From: a virus
Taxonomy: Duplodnaviria; Caudoviricetes
Virus record (IMG/VR): IMGVR_UViG_3300020112_002303
Coordinates: 38,258 to 102,257 of that record
Length of the DNA: 64,000 bases
Reading direction: 5' to 3' (one strand)
Positions within the stretch are counted from its first letter, which is position 1; every line of letters begins with the position of its first letter. Under the pieces are notes generated by a model that searched no databases, was not told where the DNA came from, and was given only the letters and a program-made list of their open reading frames with translations. Of this stretch, positions 20,118-28,602 are shown one piece after another. A program made the position numbers and the translations under genes.

Positions 20118-21200
20118 TTGTTGATGAACTCTATTGAAAAACGAGAAAGGTCTCGATGGGAAAGCAATCCGTCAACAGTATTTTCCTCTCAAGATATTAT
20201 TGACGAGAATTCAAATTATTTATATGAAAACGGAGTAATAAAATTCACAGATAATAATGACAATGTTCACAAAGTAGGTTTTATGGTAGGTCCTAATGCT
20301 TATTCTGTTATTTATCAAAATAAAGTAGGGACTAAAAAGACGACATCTGGAAATCATCTTTACTACTCCGGTGTTTATCCCGGACAGCTAAGTATTTCGA
20401 GTTATCTTATCGATACCGCAGATCTTCCGGAAAGATTGGTGCTTATTGATAACATTGCAAAAAATGCGACTGACTGCAAAAACGACGAAGGATATCATTC
20501 TGTGTTATCTTGTTCAATTGATATTGAAGGAGTGGAATATTTCGGAGAAATATCATCATTTTCTTACGAAAAATCTTCGAGCCAACAATTTCTATATCAA
20601 TTTTCATTATCTTTCGTTTTTTATAATGTTCGCACCACTGTTCCCGATCTTTCTGCGACTGACGTGGAAAATACATTATCAGACGAAGGTGTAGTTTTAA
20701 GTGAATCGGATTATTTCAATATTAAAGATACTTCTAAGCAAGGATTTTCAACAGATGATACTCAGTCTTCCGAAAATTCCACAATAGAAGAAGATGCAAC
20801 TTTCACGTCAAAAATAAATGCTCATGCTCAGATAAAATTAACAAAAGGAACTGCCATTTATAATGTTAATCCTTCAAACGGAAATATAAAAGGTATGTTC
20901 TATATTGTTCCGGTAAAAATGAAAACGAATAAAAAGACTACTGATAAATACATTTCCGTAGTCGAAGGAAAAACGTATATACTTATAAATACAACAGATT
21001 CTGAAGGAAATCTTCCTTCTGAATGTAAAATATATTCGAAAAAATACTTAGATGTCGAGAATTATTATCCTCCTCAAGAAAATCCTCACAAGATTGTTGA
21101 GGATTTGCAAAAGAATGCATCAAAAAGAATAGTATCAGAACAAAAATCTTCATCTGATAGTGTTTTTATTGTTGATAAAAAATATGTTGACTTCGCTTAA
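20118..21200 (+). CDS. Baseplate/tube-initiator-like protein (paralogue of the N-terminal domain of the previous gene)
   Basis: Shares VGFxVxP..YS, PG.L.IS.++D...ERL and IEG..Y.G.+SSFSY.K....+LY.FSL.FVF. Confidence 0.6.
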   Translation: MLMNSIEKRERSRWESNPSTVFSSQDIIDENSNYLYENGVIKFTDNNDNVHKVGFMVGPNAYSVIYQNKVGTKKTTSGNHLYYSGVYPGQLSISSYLIDTADLPERLVLIDNIAKNATDCKNDEGYHSVLSCSIDIEGVEYFGEISSFSYEKSSSQQFLYQFSLSFVFYNVRTTVPDLSATDVENTLSDEGVVLSESDYFNIKDTSKQGFSTDDTQSSENSTIEEDATFTSKINAHAQIKLTKGTAIYNVNPSNGNIKGMFYIVPVKMKTNKKTTDKYISVVEGKTYILINTTDSEGNLPSECKIYSKKYLDVENYYPPQENPHKIVEDLQKNASKRIVSEQKSSSDSVFIVDKKYVDFA

Positions 21201-21229
21201 CAAAAAATAAAAACAAAAGAGGGATTAAC

Positions 21230-23827
21230 TTGTCTTATAAAAATAGACGATTAGCATTGCGTGGAAATCACGACTATAAAATATTTTTTGATGATATACA
21301 GGTAGATCATTTAGTTGAGTCGTACTCTTGTACAATAAGCTGTAATGGTTCATATAATTCTGCGTCAATAACGATGATATATCATCCTGATTTAGACAGA
21401 ATTACCCATAACTTAAATAAGGACAATGTTATTTCTTATAACTTAAATCTTGCAGATAACGAAAAACGCGTCTTCACTATAGATGATGGCGTAGAAAACA
21501 TGACAAATATTCGTATTTTCGTCAAAAATATATTTTCAGGAAGATATATTCAAATATTCGAAGGAAATGTTAGAGCGAAGAGAAGCTCAATAATTGACGG
21601 AGAAAGGTCAATTACATTCGTTGCTTATGATTACATGAACTGGCTTAATCGAATATTGTGTCCGTGGACTGTAAGTATTAATAGTGAGATTTTTGCACCG
21701 GACTTGTTGCAATGGGCAGCGTATGGCATTAAAATAAGTGATGCAGTTATAGCAAATTCTACCACAAACCAATACGAAAATAAAGCATTGTCCCTTGCTG
21801 TTGCAATAAATAGAGCTATACAATTTTCTTATCTAAACAATATTTTTCTTAGTGAAGAAGATTCTGTTCTTGCTTGGGATAAACCGCTGTTGCGTTTCGA
21901 TTTAATGGGTGATATATCTGAAAAATTAAGAAATGAAAGTTTCTGGGGAAATGTTATAGAAACTACTGTAACAAGAACGGACTCTTTTTATTTGAAGTTA
22001 CAACAAATTTTGAACAATCTTATATTTGAATATTTTCAAGATAGAGACGGAATAATAAGGATAAAACCATCGTTTTGGAATATGGATGTTTTAAAAAATT
22101 CCGTTATTGATTCCTCGATGATACAGAGCTTTAATGACGAAACAAATTGGAATAATTTTTATACAAGGATGGTCTGTAAGGGTGAGGCTGATCAGATATA
22201 TACTGATGATGCAACCATGTTTACGCCTACTGCTGTCGCAACATTTAAGGGTGCCGTTACAAGTAAATCAAAAGAAGCTGCTCAAAACGATAAGGTTTTA
22301 AACATATCAGGGACTTCGGCTGCCACTAATGATAATGCTGTCGGTGAAGACGGACTTGTTTGTTATCCTTATATTGACTCTTTTACAATTACACAAAAAT
22401 GGAAAACAGGAACTCATAACGGTATAGATTTGGTTGGGTCATCAAATACTGCTCCGCTTTATAGTATTGTAGGAGGAGAGGTTACTCATGTCAATGATGA
22501 GCTCGGTCATACACAAGGGTATTGTTTAGAAGTATATAGTGAACGATATAATGTTTATGTTGTATTTATGCATATGAACAGTGCGCCGCGCAGAAGTAAT
22601 GGATTAGCTATAAAGAAGGGGGATACTGTTACTGCCGGAGAGCTTGTAGGATATCAAGGCAACACCGGTGAATCCAGAGGATATCATTTGCATTTAGAAG
22701 TTAATAATGTTCCTTGGGCAAAAAGAAAAACAACAAACAATTGGAACGCTAACCCCGCAGCATTTATAGGAATAGAAAATGTAGAAGGCAAATCTTATGT
22801 TCTCATTAGCAAAAGCAATAAAAACAGAAGTGGTGGTTCCGGCAACTCGCCTTATGATAAATCGAAATCCCCGTCGACAGTGTCGTCAGGCATAGAAAAT
22901 AATATCTACCCTTCCATTTCTTACGACTATGACGAAGAAGCAGCTAAAAAATTGCTTGAAATGAGTGAAATGGAAAAAAGATACGGACCACTTATTGATG
23001 ATAAAACACAACCTATGATTAAGTTTGAAAATGTAGAGGGGTACACTTACGGATTTGATAGTTCAAGTGCAACGGAATCCGAAATAGAGACAAAGGCTTA
23101 CGAAGCTCTTGTAGAGTATGCTAAGTTTGAACTTAATTATAGGAACGCTGAAAGCAGTGTTGCTAATGCGACTACAGTTTCTATGCCTTGGCTTAGACCG
23201 GGAACAAATGTATGGATAGATCCTACAAGTATTGATAAAATATTTTACCTTTCATCTATAACTCATTCCGGAAATCCTAAAAGCGGTTGTTTTTCAAGTC
23301 TTACATTAAATATAGGTAGACGGAGAGAAAATTTCTTGAACGGAACAGTTGCTTTTGGAGCAAGACTGGATAATGGAACACAGGACATTTTTGTGAGCGA
23401 GGTTTACAAGGATGTTTCCACTTTCGGAGAAACAGTAGATGATTATGATAAAGTAAGAGAAGATCTTGATGATTATCATAAGGTAAAGAAAGAAAAAGTA
23501 TTAAATGCCGAGTTGGATGAAAACATATTAAAAACGCTATACACAAATGATAATAATACTATCAGAAAAAACGAAGTGTCTTTTGAAGCAAGCGGAGATA
23601 ATTTTGGCTCCGGTGGAACTGATGATAAAAAGACGGTTAGTGGTTCTTTTTTGGTTTTCGATGGAGAGTATTCATTGGCTCAAATACAGTCCGCCCTTAC
23701 AGATCTTTATACTTCAGATTCGACTCCTGATATTATAAAAAAGAGAAGATCGAGGCTGAAATCAATTATAGAAAATGTTACAACAGTAATGAAATCTATT
23801 TATGTTTCAGAAAATCCAATAAAATAA
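21230..23827 (+). CDS. Baseplate hub (gp27/gpD-like) with inserted M23 endopeptidase domain
   Basis: EYFQDRDGIIRIKP and PWLRPG...FYLSSITHS hub motifs; M23 motifs HNGIDL, FMHM, GNTGESRGYHLHLEV. Confidence 0.8.
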   Translation: MSYKNRRLALRGNHDYKIFFDDIQVDHLVESYSCTISCNGSYNSASITMIYHPDLDRITHNLNKDNVISYNLNLADNEKRVFTIDDGVENMTNIRIFVKNIFSGRYIQIFEGNVRAKRSSIIDGERSITFVAYDYMNWLNRILCPWTVSINSEIFAPDLLQWAAYGIKISDAVIANSTTNQYENKALSLAVAINRAIQFSYLNNIFLSEEDSVLAWDKPLLRFDLMGDISEKLRNESFWGNVIETTVTRTDSFYLKLQQILNNLIFEYFQDRDGIIRIKPSFWNMDVLKNSVIDSSMIQSFNDETNWNNFYTRMVCKGEADQIYTDDATMFTPTAVATFKGAVTSKSKEAAQNDKVLNISGTSAATNDNAVGEDGLVCYPYIDSFTITQKWKTGTHNGIDLVGSSNTAPLYSIVGGEVTHVNDELGHTQGYCLEVYSERYNVYVVFMHMNSAPRRSNGLAIKKGDTVTAGELVGYQGNTGESRGYHLHLEVNNVPWAKRKTTNNWNANPAAFIGIENVEGKSYVLISKSNKNRSGGSGNSPYDKSKSPSTVSSGIENNIYPSISYDYDEEAAKKLLEMSEMEKRYGPLIDDKTQPMIKFENVEGYTYGFDSSSATESEIETKAYEALVEYAKFELNYRNAESSVANATTVSMPWLRPGTNVWIDPTSIDKIFYLSSITHSGNPKSGCFSSLTLNIGRRRENFLNGTVAFGARLDNGTQDIFVSEVYKDVSTFGETVDDYDKVREDLDDYHKVKKEKVLNAELDENILKTLYTNDNNTIRKNEVSFEASGDNFGSGGTDDKKTVSGSFLVFDGEYSLAQIQSALTDLYTSDSTPDIIKKRRSRLKSIIENVTTVMKSIYVSENPIK

Positions 23828-23841
23828 GAGGTGAATTTTAA

Positions 23842-24906
23842 GTGAACAACCTGGATACATTTAATGGCACAAGAGAATATGCGCAGAGACAAAAAGACCG
23901 TCCCATTCTTGATATTGGATATGTAACGGCTGTTGACCCTGTAAACATCAAAGCCTCCGTAAAATTGCCTTATAGAAATACTATATTAAAAAATCTGCCG
24001 ATATCTTTTAATTTCATGTCTTATGAGTTCGGAAACATTTCTTTTCCGCAAATAGGGAGCCCTGTAATTATTATGAGGTCGAGAAATATTCCTCCGTTCA
24101 TTCTTTGTTCTGCTGGAAAACTGTTCAATTACGGTTCACGAAGCGATCTCACTGATATCGAACAATTGTTTGCAAATAAGGCAAGAGCATTCTTAAAACA
24201 AGCTTGTGACGGAGGACAAAATTTAGTTAGTGGTAATTTTGATGTTTTCGAGCAAGATTCATTAGGGCAAACATCCAAAATAAGTAGATCGTTTGCTGAC
24301 ATTACACCTAATTGCAGAGATTTTGTAACAACAATAATAAATGGATATGGAATAAATTATAAGAAGATTGTTCAAAGAACTATAAGATATACTGTCTCAA
24401 GTGCCAGTACGATTGAAACAAATGCCGTAAATATTATTGAATATGCAAAAGCTCTTGCTGATAAGCTTGACGCTTGTATTAATGCGCCGAATGGAGAAAA
24501 TCCTGTCACTATCAACAGTTTGCGTTCTATTTCCGAATTTCTTGATACAAAGGATATTTTTGGAGAGACCGAATATCCAACAAGCACTAAAGATAATATT
24601 GATGAATTTTCGGAAGCAATATTAAATGTATCGAGTTTGATGCTTTGGTTTAATGGCTCGGAGATTGTGCAGTATGGCGATGTCGTCGTGGTACAAACCG
24701 GCGCACGAATTTCAAGCAATATAGAAAATATAAATGAGCTCGAAGATGAAATGGCAGACACTGTTGATTTCAGCGGAGCAAGAACGATATTCTCATTGGA
24801 TTATGCATCAAGTAAAAATGGTGATTTAGAAAAGAAATTTTCCGTTACTAATAGGGGCGCAAAAATAAATGAAGGTAGTATCGGACGATTTGTACCGAAT
24901 AATTAG
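23842..24906 (+). CDS. Baseplate spike (gpV/gp5-like OB-fold N-terminus)
   Basis: IGYVTAVDP...ASVKLP...FPQIGSPVII after the hub gene. Confidence 0.55.
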   Translation: MNNLDTFNGTREYAQRQKDRPILDIGYVTAVDPVNIKASVKLPYRNTILKNLPISFNFMSYEFGNISFPQIGSPVIIMRSRNIPPFILCSAGKLFNYGSRSDLTDIEQLFANKARAFLKQACDGGQNLVSGNFDVFEQDSLGQTSKISRSFADITPNCRDFVTTIINGYGINYKKIVQRTIRYTVSSASTIETNAVNIIEYAKALADKLDACINAPNGENPVTINSLRSISEFLDTKDIFGETEYPTSTKDNIDEFSEAILNVSSLMLWFNGSEIVQYGDVVVVQTGARISSNIENINELEDEMADTVDFSGARTIFSLDYASSKNGDLEKKFSVTNRGAKINEGSIGRFVPNN

Positions 24907-24921
24907 TAGGGGGAAATCACT

Positions 24922-25248
24922 ATGTCGCAATTGCTTATGGAAAAGATGGCAATGATAAGAAATACTGTTGAAAGTTCAAATATCCGCTCTATTGGATATA
25001 GTCCAATTAGCAGAAAAATGGAAATTGAATTTAAAGGCGGAAGCATTTATCAATACAAGGGTGCATCAGCAAATGTGTATAAAAACATTATGGATGCGGA
25101 GTCGAAGGGTAAATATTTTCATAAAAATATCAGATATAAGTTGCCATATAAACAAGTATTAAATAAAGATGGTGAAAAAGTTAAGAGCGATTGGAAAGTA
25201 TTAGATAATCCTAAATCTAAAAAGAAAACAGATGAAGACAAATCATGA
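24922..25248 (+). CDS. KTSC-domain protein with MSQLLMEKMA leader
   Basis: MIRNTVESSNIRSIGY...EIEFKGGSIYQY...VY..IMDAESKGKYFHKNIR is a canonical KTSC domain, preceded by the 10-aa tag. Confidence 0.85.
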   Translation: MSQLLMEKMAMIRNTVESSNIRSIGYSPISRKMEIEFKGGSIYQYKGASANVYKNIMDAESKGKYFHKNIRYKLPYKQVLNKDGEKVKSDWKVLDNPKSKKKTDEDKS

Positions 25249-25277
25249 TATTTTAAAATGCAAATTTTAACAAGAAG

Positions 25278-25305
25278 AAAAAAGAGGGCCTGAGCCCTCT
25301 TTTTT
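25278..25305. terminator. Bidirectional terminator
   Basis: AAAAAAGAGGGC-CTGA-GCCCTCTTTTTT between convergent genes. Confidence 0.85.
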
Positions 25306-25801
25306 ATTTGAAATAGTGATTTTCTATATAACTTTTTTCGTTAAGCCATAGATTCAGATAATTAACCCTTGCGATATTTTTATCTTTTCTTTTCAAATTG
25401 CAATAATCCCTTTTAATGTAATTCATATAAATATCCGTAACTTTTGCAAGAGATATCTTTTTTATGAGTTCTTTTGTTTGAGTTGTTGCATTTTCAAAAA
25501 GCTTACTATTCATGTGTCCCGTTATAAATAAAGATTGTGCGTCTGTTTTCTTTAACAAATTCTTTATTTCGTCACTTTCTTTTTTGTCACGCAGAATTTT
25601 TCTTTGTGCTTTTTCGATTTCCTTTCTAATTCGAGAAATATCTCTGTTTATCTTGCTAATATTTCTGTTAACAATTGGTCCTGTGATTTGCTGTCCCATA
25701 CCTTTAATGGTTCCGATTTTGCCTGATGTGCTTTCGTACAAAAATTGGTGTAAATCCTCCTTTTCTTTGATTGTGTTCCTTAATGTTTTTTCTAAATTCA
25801 T
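25304..25801 (-). CDS. Basic coiled-coil hypothetical protein (own promoter and terminator)
   Basis: Start moved to ATG 25801 (RBS AAAGGAG); promoter motif at 25822-25840. Confidence 0.6.
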   Translation of the reverse strand: MNLEKTLRNTIKEKEDLHQFLYESTSGKIGTIKGMGQQITGPIVNRNISKINRDISRIRKEIEKAQRKILRDKKESDEIKNLLKKTDAQSLFITGHMNSKLFENATTQTKELIKKISLAKVTDIYMNYIKRDYCNLKRKDKNIARVNYLNLWLNEKSYIENHYFK

Positions 25802-25821
25802 TTTTTTACTTCTCCTTTGTT

Positions 25822-25840
25822 TTTTATTACTTATACGAGA
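25822..25840 (-). promoter_or_regulatory. Phage promoter motif TCTCGTATAAGTAATAAAA
   Basis: Exact copy about 20 nt upstream of the start codon. Confidence 0.7.
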
Positions 25841-25870
25841 AAACAAAAAAAGAATAAGAAGGAATCCTTC

Positions 25871-26092
25871 TTATTCTTCGTTTTCTTGTTCGGTGTTTTT
25901 GTTGATAACATATACGCCTATCAAAACTATACTTATTATAATTCCGACAATCATAATAAATTTCATTGCGTCCGGTAATGTGTTTTCAAATTTTGTTGAT
26001 ACATATTCAACAATGCCTGATATTGACATAAATGCTAATATTCCTATTACTGTTGCTATTATTTTTATTATTATCCTTGTTGCTGTTTTCAT
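25871..26092 (-). CDS. Small two-helix membrane protein with acidic tail
   Basis: Two hydrophobic segments; RBS AAAGGAG; preceded by the promoter motif, followed by a hairpin. Confidence 0.7.
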   Translation of the reverse strand: MKTATRIIIKIIATVIGILAFMSISGIVEYVSTKFENTLPDAMKFIMIVGIIISIVLIGVYVINKNTEQENEE

Positions 26093-26114
26093 TTTTAAAT
26101 CTCCTTTATTTTTG

Positions 26115-26133
26115 TTTTATTTCTTATACGAGA
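26115..26133 (-). promoter_or_regulatory. Phage promoter motif TCTCGTATAAGAAATAAAA
   Basis: One mismatch to consensus, upstream of the 26092 start. Confidence 0.7.
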
Positions 26134-26143
26134 AAAGTGACAT

Positions 26144-26173
26144 AAAAAAGAGAGCCGAAGCCCTCTTTTTTTT
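26144..26173 (-). terminator. Rho-independent terminator
   Basis: Minus strand AAAAAAGAGGGC-TTCG-GCTCTCTTTTTT. Confidence 0.8.
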
Positions 26174-26663
26174 ATTCTTCATCTTCATCGAATTCAACTT
26201 CTATTGAATCGTCTTCAGTTTCTTCGTCATCTGTTTTTGATTTTGTTAATACATTTAATGCTAGTAATGTACCTGCTAAAAATCCTAATGATGCATAAAA
26301 CGCCCTGTCAACCGCTCTTAATTCTGCGTCCGATAAATCATCTTTATTGTCAATGTTACGTAATGCCAACATAGCTTTAATTGCTTGAAGTTTTGAAATT
26401 GTTTCATCATTGTTTTTGATTTCTCGTTCTAACAAACTCTTTTCTTCTGCTGTTGCTTTAAACATTTTGCTTTGTGCTTCTTTGTTAGCCTCAAATAGAT
26501 TTGTAATATCCTTATCTATTTTTTTGTTTTCCGATTTAATTAAAATTTTTACTTTTCCTGTACTGATTAGTCCTCTGTTGAACTTTTTCATCTCCTCTGT
26601 AATTTTATCGAGTCCTCTGTTTGCCTTGTAAATAATTGCCTCTGTGCTTGTTTGTTTTTTCAT
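26172..26663 (-). CDS. Coiled-coil protein with C-terminal TM helix and acidic tail
   Basis: Start moved to ATG 26663 (RBS AAAGGAG); ASLGFLAGTLLALNVL then DDEETEDDSIEVEFDEDEE. Confidence 0.65.
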   Translation of the reverse strand: MKKQTSTEAIIYKANRGLDKITEEMKKFNRGLISTGKVKILIKSENKKIDKDITNLFEANKEAQSKMFKATAEEKSLLEREIKNNDETISKLQAIKAMLALRNIDNKDDLSDAELRAVDRAFYASLGFLAGTLLALNVLTKSKTDDEETEDDSIEVEFDEDEE

Positions 26664-26686
26664 TTTAAAAATCTCCTTTGTTTTTA

Positions 26687-26705
26687 TTTTATTACTTATA
26701 CGAGA
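26687..26705 (-). promoter_or_regulatory. Phage promoter motif TCTCGTATAAGTAATAAAA
   Basis: Exact copy. Confidence 0.7.
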
Positions 26706-26716
26706 AAATAAAGCAT

Positions 26717-26745
26717 TTGACAAATACAACCAATTGTGTTATATT
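26717..26745 (+). promoter_or_regulatory. sigmaA-type promoter TTGACA-17-TATATT with TG extension
   Basis: Near-consensus; points into a short ORF-less transcript that ends at a terminator. Confidence 0.7.
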
Positions 26746-26751
26746 GATTAT

Positions 26752-26886
26752 GGACAATATAAATTGTCCTCGATTCTTTTTCATTTTCTTCTTTCCTTTC
26801 CATTTTAACCTTTCATTTTATCGGCTTCATTTTTAACCTCCTAAAAGCAAAAAAGCCCACAGGACAAAAATCCTGTGGACTTTTTG
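26752..26886 (+). ncRNA. Candidate small RNA with tandem anti-AUG / anti-Shine-Dalgarno modules
   Basis: Promoter upstream, 5' hairpin GGACAAT..ATTGTCC, pyrimidine-rich body with four CATTTT units, 3' terminator CCACAGGA..TCCTGTGG-ACTTTTT. Confidence 0.5.
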
Positions 26887-26929
26887 TTTTTGTTAGTGTA
26901 TAATTATATAAACAAAAAGGAGTGGTTGA

Positions 26930-27808
26930 TTGGTGAAAGAATTATCTTCTTATATTTTAGAAAAAATTGCCGCAGCAAGAAAATTCGGCGATGCGGAATC
27001 GGAAGAAAGGGAATTGATACGCCGTGTGCAACAGAATGATGATCCCATTGCAATGGCACAACTTTTAATGAGGTACAGAGGACTTATTAACTCTGTCATC
27101 GCGAAGACGAGGCTATACGACGTAGTCGGCGAACAAACTGCAGGTCAAATGGCTCAAAACGCTTTTATAAATATTGTGAAGAATAAGGCAGATGTAAAAA
27201 ATCTTACATCTCAACCCAAAACTTACATTCATTCTTCCCTTGAGGGCACTCTTCGAAATCTTAAAAAAGATTATTCGGGCGGCGCCGCTCGTATGTCGCA
27301 AGCTCTCGAAGGCTATAAAAAAGTAATTGATATTGCGAAAAACCAATTATCAAGACAGACAGGGAAAGACCCAAGTACAAAAGAAATTTATAGTTATGCT
27401 AAAAATGTTATGGGTATTACGGCGAAAGATTTCACACCCGATGTAATTAACAGAATAGAAGATTACAAAATAAATGAATGGCAAGGGTCAAGACAGTACG
27501 GAAAATCTTCCGCTAACGGCAATGCTGAGGCGTTGTCTTTTGAAGATGTTTTCGGTGTTTCGTCAAAGAAGCCCGCAGACTTACTCAAAGCCAATAATGA
27601 AAATCAAATCGTTCTCGAAGAAATAAACGCTTTCACTCAAAAAACCAACGAAAGACGATATTTAAAGCAAGTATACAAAGTTGGTCCTTATGTGGGCACA
27701 ACAATGTCTCGAAATGCAATAGCCATTAACAATGGTATTACCAACTATAACGGTCAAAAACTATTGACAGAATTCAGAAAATATCTTGAAAAGAAAGGTC
27801 ATATATAA
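26930..27808 (+). CDS. Divergent sigma-70-family (SigF/G/B-like) sigma factor with EKIA leader
   Basis: EERELIRRVQQNDDPIAMAQL...LINSVI (region 2.1), KTYI...GTLRNLKKDY..AR (2.3-2.4), AKNQLSRQTGKDPSTKEI (region 3), ERRYL..VY...MSRNAIAINNGIT (region 4). Confidence 0.7.
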   Translation: MVKELSSYILEKIAAARKFGDAESEERELIRRVQQNDDPIAMAQLLMRYRGLINSVIAKTRLYDVVGEQTAGQMAQNAFINIVKNKADVKNLTSQPKTYIHSSLEGTLRNLKKDYSGGAARMSQALEGYKKVIDIAKNQLSRQTGKDPSTKEIYSYAKNVMGITAKDFTPDVINRIEDYKINEWQGSRQYGKSSANGNAEALSFEDVFGVSSKKPADLLKANNENQIVLEEINAFTQKTNERRYLKQVYKVGPYVGTTMSRNAIAINNGITNYNGQKLLTEFRKYLEKKGHI

Positions 27809-28602
27809 TGATTTATGTTAGTAGTGATACAGAAAAATCAGATATCACAAAAAGAGCAATAGCCCTTCTTGCCTTACTCCCGGATTACAAAAGAGTGTGT
27901 TCCGATAAACAAAAGTTTAATAATTTAAGATTGTCAATCATCAAAGATATTGACAAAAATAACTTTTTTGTTCTTGACAATATGAATTATATTGCATCTG
28001 CGATTATGGAGCATTATGATGATTTTATCAAAAGAATTAAAAAAGAAGATGCTTTTGTTGAATCTGAAAACATAAACGAATGTATAAAGGTTATGCGGGA
28101 TAGTGCCGCAGAATTATCCGAAAACAGTAAGCCTCTTTTGCAAAAAATAAAAAATGTTTACGGCATTTCCGTAAGCATAAGGGACAATAGCGTAAATAAT
28201 GCAAATCTTATTGCTGCCGAGGCGGCCTCACAATACGATGATGTGGCCACTATTATATGCACCGGTGCCAACGATACCGTAATATCGCTTGACTCCGCCC
28301 TCGCAAAATGCGGAAAGATTCAGGGCGATATAAAATCATTAATATATAGCAAAGATTCAACTTTAAACAAAAGGCTTATTTACTATGTAAAATATTTATC
28401 CGAAACAATCAAAAGTAAAATAGATTTATATAATTCGATATGCTCTATTATCAAAACGTATGATTTAGCTATTGAAGTTTACCGAGATGTTGCTTCGTAC
28501 AAGTCGCAGGTAATGAGGGATTACATCTTTAAAAATAAGCTTTCAAGCATACAGTCAAATATCGAAAGCCACATAATTGTAACAGGAGGAGAAAATCAAT
28601 GA
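27808..28602 (+). CDS. Hypothetical helical protein
   Basis: Translationally coupled (TAATG) to the sigma gene. Confidence 0.55.
   Translation: MIYVSSDTEKSDITKRAIALLALLPDYKRVCSDKQKFNNLRLSIIKDIDKNNFFVLDNMNYIASAIMEHYDDFIKRIKKEDAFVESENINECIKVMRDSAAELSENSKPLLQKIKNVYGISVSIRDNSVNNANLIAAEAASQYDDVATIICTGANDTVISLDSALAKCGKIQGDIKSLIYSKDSTLNKRLIYYVKYLSETIKSKIDLYNSICSIIKTYDLAIEVYRDVASYKSQVMRDYIFKNKLSSIQSNIESHIIVTGGENQ

Noticed and set aside
25512-26207. 231-aa hydrophobic + strand ORF (likewise 6511..7164, 41404..41919, 7326..7733 and other antisense ORFs)
   Set aside because: Shadow frames opposite genes that have an RBS, promoter and terminator; their composition mirrors the lysine/glutamate-rich sense codons.
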